From positions 29,317 through 93,316 of the forward strand of contig RHPI01000575.1 of the NCBI GenBank assembly GCA_009103225.1: 64,000 nucleotides of DNA, given 5' to 3'. Shown piece after piece: positions 36,117 to 49,897 of the stretch (the first letter of the stretch is position 1; every line of letters starts with the position of its first letter). Below the pieces are notes generated by a model. That model ran no database searches. It was not told where the DNA came from and saw only the letters and a list, made by a program, of their open reading frames with translations. The stretch comes from Chlorokybus atmophyticus (taxonomy: Eukaryota; Plantae; Mesostigma and Chlorokybus algae). A program made the position numbers and the translations under genes.

Positions 36117-37487
36117 TCAAGGGTATGCGGTCTTGTTGTTTGAATTGGACTGGTGAGGGCGGGCGTTGCTGGGCTTCTTGTTCACGAACCAGTTGATCTG
36201 AGCATGAGTCGACACAAAAGGAGCGTTCTTCTGCACGTGCCCAGGATCACCAAAAACAAAGCATGAACATCTCACTTCAACACGCTGGCTAGCGGGGCAC
36301 ACTATACTACGAGGTTGAGCGTTACTCACCACTGGACAATCTCGCAGCCGTGGGAATGTGAAGGAGCCCTTGTAGGTGAAGTACTCAGTAGACTTGGGGA
36401 TGAGCGACGTGGTGATACCGGCGCCATTGGTGTTGATGACAATCTGCATACATAATAGGTAAGATTAATGAACAACATACGGCGGCATTGGCATGCCTAA
36501 ACGCTGGTGAAGAGGTTCTTGCCTGCAGGAAGCTGTTGGATGTGGTGCTCATGGTGAAGAAGACAGACACAACGGTCCACTTTGTGGCGCTCTTGCTCGC
36601 GTACCGCAAGGCAGGGAAGGTGTTTGTTAGGTACACGCAATGAGCAGGGAAGCATGCACTGCAAGTGAGACCTCGACGCATTGTCTGCATCTCCATGGCG
36701 TGGGCAGCAGTTTCAGAAGCGCCGATGATGTGCTTTGCGCAGCAAGATACGCACATATCACTAACCCGCCGGGTCGGCAACCATGAATGTTGCACGCACA
36801 ACGCCAACTTGCACTTGTCACATTCGAACACAAGCATGCTACATTGATGCAAACAAATGTCTGACCTGCGGGCGTGTGGAAGAAGTTTCTGTCAATGGTG
36901 TAGGTGTTGCCGCTGCCGAGGGCGCCACCGATGATGCTGCCACCTGTGCGTGATACACAAGCAACGCTTCCATTAGGGCTCCCTGCCTGGACTCAATACT
37001 GAATGTAACCATGCACATGTAAAGAGGAAAGTGGCCTCACACACACCGTTTGGGGACATGCGGAGCTCCCAGATTTGCTCGGCGTCGTGGACCACGCTGG
37101 TGCCGCTGTAGCTGATGCTCAAGGGCCAGACCAGTGCCGGAGGCTATGCTGGAGGGGACAAGCCTCACAGGCGACTGCTTCGTGCCCGCGCACTGGTTGG
37201 GAGGAGAAAGAGTGTTCCACGAGGCAGGAGGCACAGCTGCGGTGCAGAACACAGTCTGCCCGCATTTAATTGTACAGTTGACATGCATGTCCCAATGCCG
37301 TACACGTGCATGCAACGTGAGCAAAGGCTGCACACGCACTGCTGGTGGAGGCGTAGCCGTAGCCAGTGTACTCTTTGAGGTCCTCGTCATAGCCGTCATA
37401 AAAGGCGTTAGTCTGGGCATTGACGACAGCTGCGGCGGCGACGTCGAAGAGAAGCAGAACCAGCAGCGCAGACTTGGGGGCCGCCAT
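36117..37487 (-). pseudogene. Secreted alpha-carbonic-anhydrase-like gene, lacking zinc ligands and carrying several lesions
   Basis: Signal peptide MAAPKSALLVLLLFDVAAAAVVNA; C.GTKQSPV; NFFHTP.EH; YFTYKGSFT.PGCE.VQW; NARPHQ. Apparent frameshifts near 37123 and 36350; non-AG acceptors near 36735 (AA) and 36241 (GG). Confidence 0.7.
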
Positions 37488-39459
37488 GGTTGGTGAGACA
37501 GGCAGATAGAGCAGAGGCAACAGACAGCAACAAACAAAACGCAACAGCAAGCACAGAGAAGGCACTCTGCAGCCTTTTCGCTTCTGGCTTATGTATCGGC
37601 CTAGACGGGCCTAACCGTACGGTGCCGTACACGTAATTGAAGGGGTTGAGATTCTTATCGCTGGTGCGCGTTGGGTAGTGACTAATCAAAAGGCGTTTAG
37701 CGGCCGAATATCGGCGGCAGTTGTACGGGCCGACAGCAGCCTGGGGTGTTGCATGTCAATAGCGGCAAGCGGACCAACCGGAAGAGGGACTTGCATGACG
37801 CCATGCAACTCCCTCCTCGCCCACTGGAGTCGCCAGCTACTTGGTACTACATTGCAAGAAGCGAGGAAAAATCCGTTTTTGCGACTTAACTTTTGTAGCC
37901 CACACTGTGTTGGCAGTTGACAATATAACAAGCAGTGTGCAATATAAGTGGCACATTACAATGTCATGCTATCTTGTAATACTAATTGCGTTGCGCGTTG
38001 CGCAATGCCAATTGCTTGAGTAGAATCAATGTGAAGAATTATATGAAACGGGAGAATCATGACTTAGTTTTATTAACTCTTGGCAAACGGCGATGTGTGA
38101 ACTTGTGTCACAACTTGTGCGCCTTACACCTGCATGCACTCCGGCACATGCGTGTGCCTATATGGTCACACACGTGCTCTCTCTCATTCTCTTCCTCTCT
38201 TGCACTTTGCAGAGCATAATCGCAATTGCACTTGCCATGTGCATGCAAAGTATGTGCATGATTCAGAGAGTTGCCTGTAAAGGTAATAGTAACTGCTGTT
38301 GCCCAACCGACAACCTTCTACCCTCTTGCTGTACTCAAGAATTGCTATAGAGAATTTGCAACCTCTTTAGCCCGCATTCAGATAAGTAGAGCACAACCAG
38401 GCTACATTTTGCACCATTTGTATCTAATCTACCGTGACACCAATTGAACCCATGTTTCAGACATACATTGAATACACATTTGCATCTATTTTATGATAAT
38501 ATGTGTTTGAGCGAATGCATAATAAGAAGTATAAGCATTAAAAATAAAAACTACCATAAGACAAGTATTTACGATCAATTATCCATATGCAATTGACATT
38601 TTATGTAGATTTCACTTAAGTCAATAGCGCATCGTATGGTGTAACACCAATGTGATTGCAAAGTTTGATTGCTCTAATGTACGGACAATGAACCTTAATT
38701 TTAGTTAATGTCATACTAGTCTACGGCATACCTCTATATGTACGCTATACAAATACACATAAGTATCTGACATGTCTGTTTAAAACAAATGGTAATGTGG
38801 AGGATATGTAAGGAGAGCCGCTGCGTGATGATGTACGATTATCAATCGTAAATTGGTATATAAGAAGGGACATTTAACATTGCATAGTTGCTATCAATTT
38901 TCTCAAGATTATGAATATGTGCTTTAATATGCACTTTTAGGGTCGTGGCCTCGATAACATATAACCGGAGTCATATATTTGGTAATGTTTTCACATATTC
39001 ATTGTCAATACCCATGTAGAAATTTGCCCTGTTCTGCGGGCGTATTTGCCGCCGACAATTTGTTAACATACTGCATTCAAACAGCGTTAATTCAAGGAAT
39101 CGTCGTGCTTATGACCGTCATATAAGCTAGTGCTCGATTATCGATTCTTATAACAAGTTTCCAAGTGTTGTTTCCCGGGCTGGGGATAACAGTGTGGCCA
39201 ATGCCTTAGCCTGCACGCCCTTAGCCTTGTGCATGCACGTCAGCCTTGTGCAGGTGTGCCTGCTTGTTAACAATGCCGGCGATGAGGCAATAGATGTGGC
39301 CCAGTAGAAGTGGGGCCACCCTTGTGGGCACCGGCCTCACAGCAAATGTGGAGGAGGAAGTGGAGGTGACAGAGCCGTGCAAGGGCGGTACAGCGGTGAT
39401 CCCATCGACCCCGCTCGTCCGACTATTGACTGGCAGGTGGCCTTGCTGGTACACGCGAA

Positions 39460-42400
39460 CCTACTGGTCACCTCTCAATCGTCGTGGCAAACCCGTACCA
39501 ATGCGCAACTTGCGCCGCACTTGAAGTATAAACCGACAGCGATGGATAGGCCTGGCAGTTACTCTGCCACACCTTACTTCTGGGTGGGCGGAACAACACA
39601 GCGCTGGTGTCATCCCAGAAGGGTGGACTTCTCTGAATGCCCCTTCCTGGATATGTATAGGGTTGTGCCAGGCTGGTGAGCCCAGCTGGATACATAGGTG
39701 TGCGTGGTGTGAGCAACAACATTGTGTACGAGGTTGCGCTGCATTGCACCGCTCCGTGGTGCGCTGGCACATCAAGCCTCCTGACCCCGATGAAGATGCT
39801 GACTCAGGCTCTTGTGCGTAGTTGTTACATGTGCATTTGTAAAGCTTGTGCTCTTTGTGCGTCGGAGATGTTGCTCGCAATGTGTTGAAGACCTGATCGT
39901 GCTTCAAATGCAAAAAATAAATGTTGGCCAGGACAGCGACCTCCCCTACCCCCTCCTGTTGGCTCCTTACTCTCCCGAGTGGGCCAACTGCATCTGGCAA
40001 GCCTCACACATCCAGTCTCCTTTGGGCACCTTATCCAGCGGTGGCGACATGCACAATATGTGCCATCGCGCCACGCAGCGGCCACATATCAACATCTTTG
40101 CTTCCTCGTCTGCACGTGTGCAGCTCTTGCATCGATGCCACAGATATCTGTGGCTAGCATCACGGACAGCAGTCTTGGGATCCACGGCTCCGTTAAGGTT
40201 GGGTAAATAACACAGCGCGCAATTCTTCTTTTGCCTTCAAGTAGCAGTACGCCGTTGCTGCGCACCTCTTTCACTCTCAAAATGATGTTGCTGGCACAAG
40301 TGTCCAGCATATCCTTGGTTTGCCTTGTAGGTAGACATAGTCACCTACCTCAAACTTTTGCATGCGGGGCTTGTAAAAGTTTGAGTGTCTCTATGCTGTA
40401 CAAAGACCAGATTGTGCGTTGCAATGGGCATGACGCGTCTGAATAGCTCAGCCCTGGTGGTGAGCTCTTTTACAAAGCTCTGCTCATCTTGTGAATCCAC
40501 AACGGTTTCCGCTGGCTTATTAATAGAAGCTGACAGCTGTAGATGGCGGCCATACAGCAGGAAGTATGGGCTGTACGCCCCCAATGCAGCCTGTCGGCTG
40601 AACCTATATCCCATCATAACCCATGGCAGCTAGAGATCCCAATATTTCTCGTCGTAACTACAGGATGGTTGCGGTGCGTGCGGTATGATCAATTGCTGAA
40701 ATGTTTGATCATCATTAAGATGTAGCGATAACCTCTTTGCTGACAGGTAAATCTTCTGCTGGGTCAATTTCAACAATAAAACAACCCTTGGATGGGGAGT
40801 GGGTGAAGTTGTGGTTGCTTCATATTGCAGGTGGGCCTTCACCTTGTCACACTCCACGCATTATTGTACAATAGCGACCATTGCGGACACTCCTGACCAC
40901 CACGTCGCAGTCACTAGCGCCAGCGTGCACTTGACTTCGTAGTGTCCCCGCTGATGGTGCAGCTTGCGCACAATCTCCTCTCTGTCTTGCAATGGGGGCA
41001 CCATCCTGGTGGTGCCATCTTTCATAGTCGTGTGAACCTTGTCGTCATTCCAGCTATACCTCTGAGAGCGACGCCACAAGCGGTCCTTACTCAGTGAACT
41101 CGCTTCTGGTGGGTAGGTTCCAGTCCTCAAGTACATCAGCGCATCTTGACCTAGCCCGGTGTTACTTTGACAGTGTCATTTGCAGCAGGGATGACTCCCT
41201 CAGCCTCTGCTGCACAGCAGAGCGTCTCCCCACTCGTGGTCAGGGTGTCAACTGCTTGCTCATACTCAGTCATCGCACTTCTTGCAATGGCAAGCAGTGC
41301 TGCTACATCTGTAGAGACATGAGTGTTGGGCCCATCAGTGTGTCGGGCCTCACTCTCTTCTCTGCTCATTCCATCGGCGTTCATGTCGGCTAACCCCGCC
41401 TTGTGTTCTATGACGAAATCATACTCCTCTGGAATCAGTGAAATCAATGCCCACCGGGCATGCTTCCTTGTCAAGTGGCTTTTTGTGAGTAGCCACTTCA
41501 GCGGCTGATGGTCTGTTAGCAGTGTGAAGCGTCTTCCGAAGAGGAAAGGCCTGAAGTGCACCACTGCCTATACAACTGCTAAGCATTCCCCTTCATGGGA
41601 GCTGTAGTTGCCTTCAGCCTTGTTGTTGCTCCGGCTAGCGCAGGCAATCACGTATTCTGCTCCATCATCATCCTTTTAAAAAGCACAGCGCCGATTCCCA
41701 ACTTACTCCAATCTATATAGATGATAAACTCTTTGTTGTAGACAGGTCTCCTCAGCACTGGCGCGTCATTGAGCTTCTCCTTCATCAGCTCAAATGCTTG
41801 TTGGCAATCCTTGTTCCATTGCTAATGGTTCTCCTTCTTCAGCAGGTCATACAGAGGTCTGATGAACTTGTTAAAGTCCTTTACGATCGACAATAGCAGT
41901 TAACAAGTCGTAAGAACGCATTGAGCCTGCTGATGTCCGTGGGTGGAGGTACTTGACCAATAGCATCCACCTTAGCTTTCTGTAATTGCACTCCTTCAAA
42001 TACAATCTCATGTCCCAAGTACTGCACCGTGTTGGCTGCAAACCTGCATTTCTCAGGGTGACAAGTTATATCGAAAATCTCAATTCTCAGAACACAGCCT
42101 CAAGATGCTTCACGTGGTCCTCTACATTGTCGCTGAAGACCAGAATATCATTGATGTAACAACGTGTGAAGTAGAGTCCCCTCAGGATTCGATCCATCAC
42201 CCTCTAAAATACCGCTGGCGCAATCTTCATGCTAAACGGCATCACTTTCTATTGGTACAGTGTGCGGTTACCCCAGAAGGCGGTCTTGTGCCTGTCTTGC
42301 TCTTTGAGGTTGATTTGGTGGAAGCCAGTGCGCAAGTCAATGATGGTAAAGACCTTTGCCTTGGCAACGTTATCAACGATGTCCTCTGTTGTAGGCATTG

Positions 42401-42906
42401 GATACCTATGTGATTCTGTAGGTGCATTTGTAGGCTTGAAATCCACACACATGCGCATCTATGTCCATTCGCCACTTGCATCCTTCTTTTTGAGCACGAC
42501 CACAACAGACGCATAGCTGGAGATCGACTCTTCAATCAATGCAGCCTTGCAAAGTTCATCACATTTCTGCTTCACTCCCTTCTTCTCTACTTGACTGAGG
42601 GTATTGTCTTTTTATGATGGGCTCTTCAGTACTGAAGAGCCCACTAGTGTTGCATTGTACGTCCATCTCATACATGTTGCAGCGTCTCAGCTCTTGCATG
42701 CTGAAGGCAAAGGCTTTCTGATGTTCTTTGAGCAATGCCATCAGTTTTTCTTTTTCTTCCGCTGTAACTTTGCCCTGAAAGTCCCAGGTATGTGTAGACT
42801 CATCCACACTTTCTGCCGCAGCTGCTAACACTTGTGACAAAGGAATCGAATGTGGTACCCCCTCAGTTCCATGACCGTGGTTGGGCCGTCTCCACCCCCT
42901 CAGCAA
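39460..42906 (-). mobile_element. Degenerate Ty3/gypsy pol (RT, RNase H, integrase) followed by a PHD finger
   Basis: RMCVDF, IDLRTGFHQI, KTAFW, YINDILVFS, VHFRPFLFGRRFTLLTDHQPLKWL, integrase remnants (SPYFLLYGRH), and PHD CKSC...LICGRC..RWHILC...VPKGDWMCEAC at 39967-40185. Many stops and frameshifts. LTRs not identified. Confidence 0.9.
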
Positions 42907-43094
42907 CTAAGTCAGGCTCTGGTTGTCAGGTCTCTTTAACGAGACGAGTGTGTGCGCCTCCTATGCTACCTCATGGGTGGCCAAAGACACAATAAAGATC
43001 CATACCAAGCTGCTATGATCCATGGCTTGGCCAAGCAGCTTTTGTCGCTGCTGTTCTGTCAGGCCAGGTGCTTTCGTGGCACCTGGTAAAAAAA

Positions 43095-43368
<274 letters not shown>

Positions 43369-43805
43369 NCCATGCCACGCCCATGGTTGCGAAAAGCATA
43401 ACTAGCAGGATACGTAACCTGAGTGGGTAACGCTTCCCGTGGCTCGCCCACCAACACGGTCCAAAACACTCTCAACCGATGTGCGCGCGACCAAATTGTG
43501 CCGCATTCGATACGATTTCATTTCCGAGTATTGACTGCACGATTTGATAATCACGTCGGATATGATTATGACGGTCGTTAATGGCAAGTACATTCTTAAT
43601 CAGGTAGGCAGGGGGGGTGTCCTTCTGTGTAGCTTGCAGCACCCATATAATGCGAACCAGCTTTGAAAACAACTTAGACCAAGGGTCTTCCAATCCTTTC
43701 CCAACTCATGCTCTTGAATGTCCGTGGCATTCCCATCCAGCAATCACCATGTTGATGTGCTCGATTGCAGAAAGGTGTGCTGTTGTGACCAACCGTATGT
43801 CGGAA

Positions 43806-44790
43806 GGAGCAGAGGGTGATGAAAAAAGACGAGCAAGCTGATGCCGTGGCCTTCTACACCAATAAGCACGAGAAGAAGGGCAACCATGAAGAGAAGAACA
43901 AAGGCAACAAGCCAGGCAACCTCGTCACAAAGACCTCACATGCCACTGGTGTGGTTGGAAGGGGCACATTGTGCAGGAATGTAGGAAAAAACAACAGGGG
44001 CAACCTAGAGCAAGCACGAGCACCAGCGGCAATGAGCACCAACACAAGGAGAAACATGTCGCCTTCACTGCATCGAGTTTGAGGGCGGGCACAGCTATTA
44101 CGGAGCCGGCGGGCACAGTTGTTCTGTGAGAGTTGCTGAGTTGCGCTTAGCAGCAGAGATAGTATTCCGAACGGGTGGCTGTTCAGTCATCCTTAATGGG
44201 TTCGTGCACATGGTTGGAATCGCTGATCCGGGAGGGCTCTACCACGTGGAGCAGCCTCAAGACAAAGACATCCAAGCCATGGTGCAGAAGGACTAAAAGT
44301 CGCCAACACTGTGGCATCGCAGGTTCGGGCATTTCAGCTACATTAACCTCACTCGCCTTATCGCTGAGAAGACGGTTCAGGGCATCCGTCCCAGCGCAAA
44401 AGAACTCAAGACAGCATCAGGTGCACTTTGTAAACCATGCTGGTTGCAAAGCAGCATGCTATGCCATTCCCACTATCCTCTTCTAGCAGTCAGCGTCCTT
44501 TCGAGCTTGTGCACATGGATGTCCGTGGCCCTATGCGCATTGTGGCGAAGGGAGGGGTTAGGTACTTTGCTACAATCCTCGCCGACTACAGCAAGCTATC
44601 CGTCATCTTTTCGCTGACGCTGAAGTCAGAGGTTGCTGATGATGTGCGCATAATCGTGGCCTTGTTGGAGACGCAGTCTGGCAACAAGGTGAAGGCAATT
44701 AGGAGTGATCGAGGAGGGGACTACATCAACAAGGGGTTCAAGGAGTTCTTCGCCAGCAAGGACATACGCCACGAGACCACCGCACCCTAC
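43806..44790 (+). mobile_element. Internally deleted fragment of the same copia family as 7870-10930
   Basis: Aligns by eye to ~8418-8712 and ~8985-9608 (KKDEQADAVAFYTNKH; FELVHMDV; RSDRGGDY); the protease region is missing. Confidence 0.9.
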
Positions 44791-46499
44791 GCACAGCGAG
44801 CTCAGGTCTGCCACCTTGGCATGCAGCGCCAAGATGTGCGTGTCTTTAAACAAAAGGATTTCGGTTGCGGCTTTCGCTGCGTTGCGGATCTCATGCAAGG
44901 AGCGTCATTTAGGGCTATAAGCTCGGTGGTGCGTGCTTACTGCGAATAATGCACACACATATGCAAGCACATGACACGCCTTAGGCGGGGCATCGGCGCC
45001 TGCACACCTCATGTGCTTGCGCTCACGCGCACGCGCCGCGCGTGTGACACGCCTACCTACCCACCAAGCTGTATGCTTGCACTGCTTGCCGCGCCGCCTA
45101 CAAAGGTTACACAATTGGCATGCGCTGTCTTGAACAAGTTTGGTTCACAAATTTAGTATCAAACACGTCTTGTTTCAACCGAATTGATAGGTGGCGTATG
45201 CAAAGCAGTTGTCGCCGTGCTTTTATGATGCACACGACACAAGCTTTTTGTGATATTCGATATTTATCAATAACAAAAGACGCTTGTAAGACGTTCAGCT
45301 TCGTTTCATTGCTTGTTCGAGCGAGATGCCTACACTGCAATAAAACATGATGCGCGTGTGCCGGCCTTGTCCATGGTGCATTCACCGATGTATTTTCCCA
45401 CGATTTCAAGTAGTACCATTGCACGCTTGACGGTATTCATGGGTAGATAAAAGCTGCACCCTGCTGAGCTACCTCGCATGCATTCACCTTATCTTGAGCA
45501 ATGCGGACTCATTCAACTGTGCTCGTTGAATCGCGTGTTGTCATAGTAAATGGACGGTCCGCATGGCTTAGTATTGTTTAGGGTATTGTTTGGAACTTTT
45601 GCAGGTATCCTTAACGCGTTTTACATCACCCTTTGGTTAATGACAAGGTGCAAAGGTTTGACCGCCTTAGGCTGCTTCATTGTAATCATCTCCCCTGTGT
45701 ACACGGCAGCTTTGTTGAACACATGGAGTGGAATGAAGCTAACTCAATGGGTCCGGGACCCATTGCAATTCTACATTGTAGTACAGTGCAGTGTTGTTCA
45801 TGCAAGCCATGGTGACCCGGTTGAACAGGAGGAGCCCACAGGCTGATTGCCAGTGGGCTCTTCCAACCCAAGCTCCACTGTGGGGTGACCTGCATCCTGA
45901 AAATATACTGCTTTAAAACCGATAATACGGTTGAGCTTGGCTCAACTTCAGCCATTAGACGTGTCATCAGCCCTAAACATGATTGCCTGCAAGGGATAGG
46001 CAGCTATAGAGCATATAAGGTATATCATTAAGAGGCAGCATGCAAGGCAAGCGAGGCAACACAACAGTCGAGCAGTTACTTGCCACAAGAACAATCCAAG
46101 CATGAAGCTAGCTATAGGTTGCTATATGAAGATGCGATAGGCAACAGACAATGGCAAGCATGACCGCAGGCTATGGAGGCGCTCAACACAATACCTGAGC
46201 AGAGCATGAGAAAGGCAAAAGAGGTTGAACAGTTGCGTCAAGGCATATAGCATATGTCGTGAATGCATTTCTCCTGTATATATTTTTTGGTACTACATAT
46301 CGCGACGCGTTATTCAATAAGATCAAATAGAGCCATCTGATGCTAGTGGTTGCAAGAAGCTGAGCCGGCATCGTTGGCGAACGCGTGATAAGCATGAAAT
46401 TGTGGCCAAAAACATTGACAGTAGAATTCCTCATTGGGTTGGACCGAAAGCCTTAACATATTCAGCGTTTCATGCTACACTTCCGATGTGATTTTTTAG

Positions 46500-47500
46500 C
46501 CATGGGCCCCATGCCATGGGGCTCATCTCACGGTGGCCATTAGTCCAAGCAATGAGTATCGCGGCAGGCAAAAGGGTGGATTCATGCAAGGAATTGTGAT
46601 TGTCAATTCATCATTATAAGGTAATATCTCAAGTATTCTAAGAGCAGCATTTTAAGGGGTCATTTTATGGCACATCCCAGCGGTTTGCTATGTCCTTTAC
46701 AAATTGATTCACAATTTGTAGTAAAAATGAGGCAAGCCGGTTGCATGTGTTACTGGACATCACTTATGTCACTGACGTCCCTTCAATCCTCTACCTCAAC
46801 ACCCACGCCGCCGGGCGGCCGATGACAAGCCTTCAGCAGCGTGACGCTGCAAGTGGCAGGGAAATAAGTACAAGGTTCTATTAATATAGGAGCCTTACAC
46901 ATCGGTAATTCGGAATTATAATACTATGTTGTGATATATTTTTCACAATACAATACGCGAGTCTATAGGAATATATACTATTCCTATAGACTCCAGTAGG
47001 GGTTGTTGTTACAAGTTTACCGTAAGCTGATAGAAGCTCATTGTGTTGCCAACTTGTTGCGCAACATATGCGCAATAATAACTTTTATATAAAAACTTTT
47101 ATAGAATATTATTGCTCAAACTTGCCGCATGCCATTGCGGCAATTATTACTGCAGGTTGTAGCAACAAATATGTATCAATGTTGCTACAGCATGCAAGAT
47201 GTTGCCCGGCAACAGTTGTGAATTGGCAATATTGCCAACATTACGGCAATGTAACCTGCTAGCAATAGCACAATGACATAAAACCCCTTAGCGCAGTCAC
47301 CTATGAGTCATAAGTGACTGCGCTATACTCGCCGTCATAGGCTATGACGGCGGGTATGCGTAACAGATCATCATCCAAGCCCCAACTACCATGCTATGGC
47401 ACTGTCACTAGGCTATGCGGCATACCTTAATGTCTGGTACTACATCGGTGTAGTGGAACCACTGGTGACATTTCAATATGGTAGCGGCTACCATATATAT
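46500..47500. repeat. Palindrome-dense non-coding segment
   Basis: Inverted repeats with 0-6 nt spacers at 46502-46526, 46807-46819, 46836-46850, 46906-46918, 46959-46993, 47054-47065, 47122-47143, 47201-47213, 47223-47238, 47289-47325, 47325-47357 and 47476-47496. Confidence 0.85.
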
Positions 47501-49268
47501 GACCATGCATCATATGATAGCAAAAGTTATGTTTGCTGTTAGCAAATGCACGAGGCAGTGACTACGCTTAAAAGCAGAAGTCATTACCAGAGGCAGGACA
47601 ACTTCCAGCCTCTGGCATAACAATCAAATGATCTTGTTGTAAGGAAAAATACAAATATAATTGGCTGAATATCGCTGTGCTCAGCACATTTATGCATGAG
47701 GGCGAAAGTAAGCTGATTATTGGACGGTTTTACCAGCATGCTATGCAATTGTAAGTGGCTGTCGTTTACATATAAGATAGCGGCTCTTGATTTAAAGCGT
47801 CGTGTTAAATGACAAACACTTCAAAGTATCTGAACACGAAGGACACTGCAATTTGCATTATTGCATAGCATTAAATGAATGTGTCTGCTTTATAAGATTA
47901 ACAACGTCTTGCCAACACACTGTAAAAAACTGAATAGTGTCAATATAAGCCCCAACATTGTGACGTTCATGAGGTTTATTTTCTTTTCTCATAACATGAT
48001 GTCAATAAGTTGAAGACAATAAATAATATTGCCATCATTTGCAAATGCATGTACTCATCAACGTGTACTCATTAGCAAATGGTGCCATTCTTTGGCGCGC
48101 TTGCTCATGCTATACACGGATGGTGTGAGCACTGCTATAAGGCGTAAAAGTGCTGTGGTGCGGCACCATTATGCAATACGGAGCTGCAGCTAACATTAAT
48201 CACAGGAGCAATCACGATCGATACAAGCATTGCATGACTGAATTCGTGTTAGAACACCGACCAACCCAAGCCTACAAGTGCGATCAGCATGTCATGACAT
48301 TCATAGAATATTGCCCGCACATGTTGAGGCTGCGCATGCGAGGTAGCACGCTGTTACTCGCATGCGCACATCATGTACATGAGTCATGTATTCAACGTTG
48401 AGTAGCGTCATAAATGTATGCATGCAATGTCTTTTATATTGATATCACAATTGTTGACAAGCAAGTGCCGTGCATTGCTCGGCCCTTGCTGCAACTTCTA
48501 GTTGGTGCCGTGCAATAGTGTGACATCATTGCATGAACATTGATTGCGTAAGTCAAGTTGAGATAGTATTATTATAATGTATATTCAAACGTGGGCGCAT
48601 TGGTATTTTGATATAGATTAGCATAAGCCAAGTTTTTATATGCATTGTCATTATGCGTGTAGTACTCACTACTACATATTCATTTAAAGAAATGCCCATT
48701 ATGCTAGGCGTGTAGAATTGTAAAGTGTAATTTGTAATTTCACAACCCAACTATGCATGCCATGCATGCATAGTTGGATTGCCAACTTGGGATTGGATTT
48801 AATTTGTGCAATACATTGATGTTGTGTTATGATGCCACATGAATCTTACTGACCCATCAAGTACAATGCAAGAGGTTTCGAACTTGGCGAGTTGACATGC
48901 TAGCAACAGACTTACAACATGCAGTAATGTAACGGGCATCATCCACATTAAATTGGCTTACTCAGCCGATTGTCCCATTGCAAGGCCTGTAATGGGCGAT
49001 GCATGTTGATTGCGTGAGGTGATGCCAATGGTCATGAACATGCACATGGCTGCGACAGATTTAATCAGCACATGTATACAGTCAGCGAATCGTGTTGTCA
49101 CTAGCTGACTATCCACCCCTTAGCTAACTATAAATGCTCTTGGCCATGGACTGCATGCATGAAAGGGTACTAGTCCGTTGGGCTACTGTACTCACAGCGG
49201 CTTCCAGCAATAACGAGTCAGCTGGGTGACATACACAGCTTTGGGTGACATTCAGCAGCAAGACTCAT

Positions 49269-49897
49269 CTAGCAAGAGCTGCCTGTGGGTCTGATATATG
49301 TGCCGCAGCACTTATAGAAGCTTGTGTTGTAGGGGGTAGTGTTGCAGCAGGCATTGTTGCTGCCCTTGGCGCTGAGGACGTTGTTGCAGCAGATGTAGAA
49401 GCTTGTGTTGTAGGGGGTTTTGTTGCAGCAGGCGTTGTTGCTACCCTTGGCGCTGAGGACGTTGTTGCAGCAGATGTAGAAGCTTGTGTTGTAGGGGGTG
49501 GTGTTGCAGCAGGCGTTGTTGCTGCCCTTGGCGCTGACCACACCGTTGCAGCAGATGTAGAAGCTGGTGTCGTACGCGCGGCCATTGCAATAAGCGGTGT
49601 ACAGCTGGCGCCGCTCAACGGTTGCATGGGCCAGTCTGCCTCCTGCTGATCACACAATATACACAATTAACTTCATGGACACAACACGGCTCCACCCAGA
49701 CCTAGCCAACCGCTGCTACTCGGAAGCAATGGACAGCACACGCACGCATATGCACAGTCACCGCTAGCAATTGGCTTACCTGCAGCAGCGTCGGCTCCAG
49801 CGGACAAGAAGATGCAGCACAGGACCGGCAGGAGGAGCAGCAGGCAGACAGGCAGACGGGCCTTTGCAGGAATGCAGGGGCGCACGAGCGAGGCCAT
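49269..49897 (-). CDS. Small secreted galaxin-like di-cysteine repeat protein (~163 aa, 2 exons)
   Basis: Exon 1 (49897-49780) encodes a signal peptide. Exon 2 (49642-49269) has four 27-aa (81 bp) repeats of the form C.N..Y.TSFY.CCN.V.SAKGSNNAC, 16 Cys, and an ERR|Q dibasic site. Splicing is phase-consistent GT-AG. Confidence 0.85.

Noticed and set aside
43472-43693. Minus-strand ORF that might be the gag of the gypsy element
   Set aside because: No gag motif was recognised and it is separated from pol by the N at 43369.
49245-49666. Mucin-like Thr/Ala-rich ORF (-) and Val/Ala-rich ORF (+)
   Set aside because: Alternative frames of the 81-bp repeat; only the Cys-rich frame splices in phase to the signal-peptide exon.
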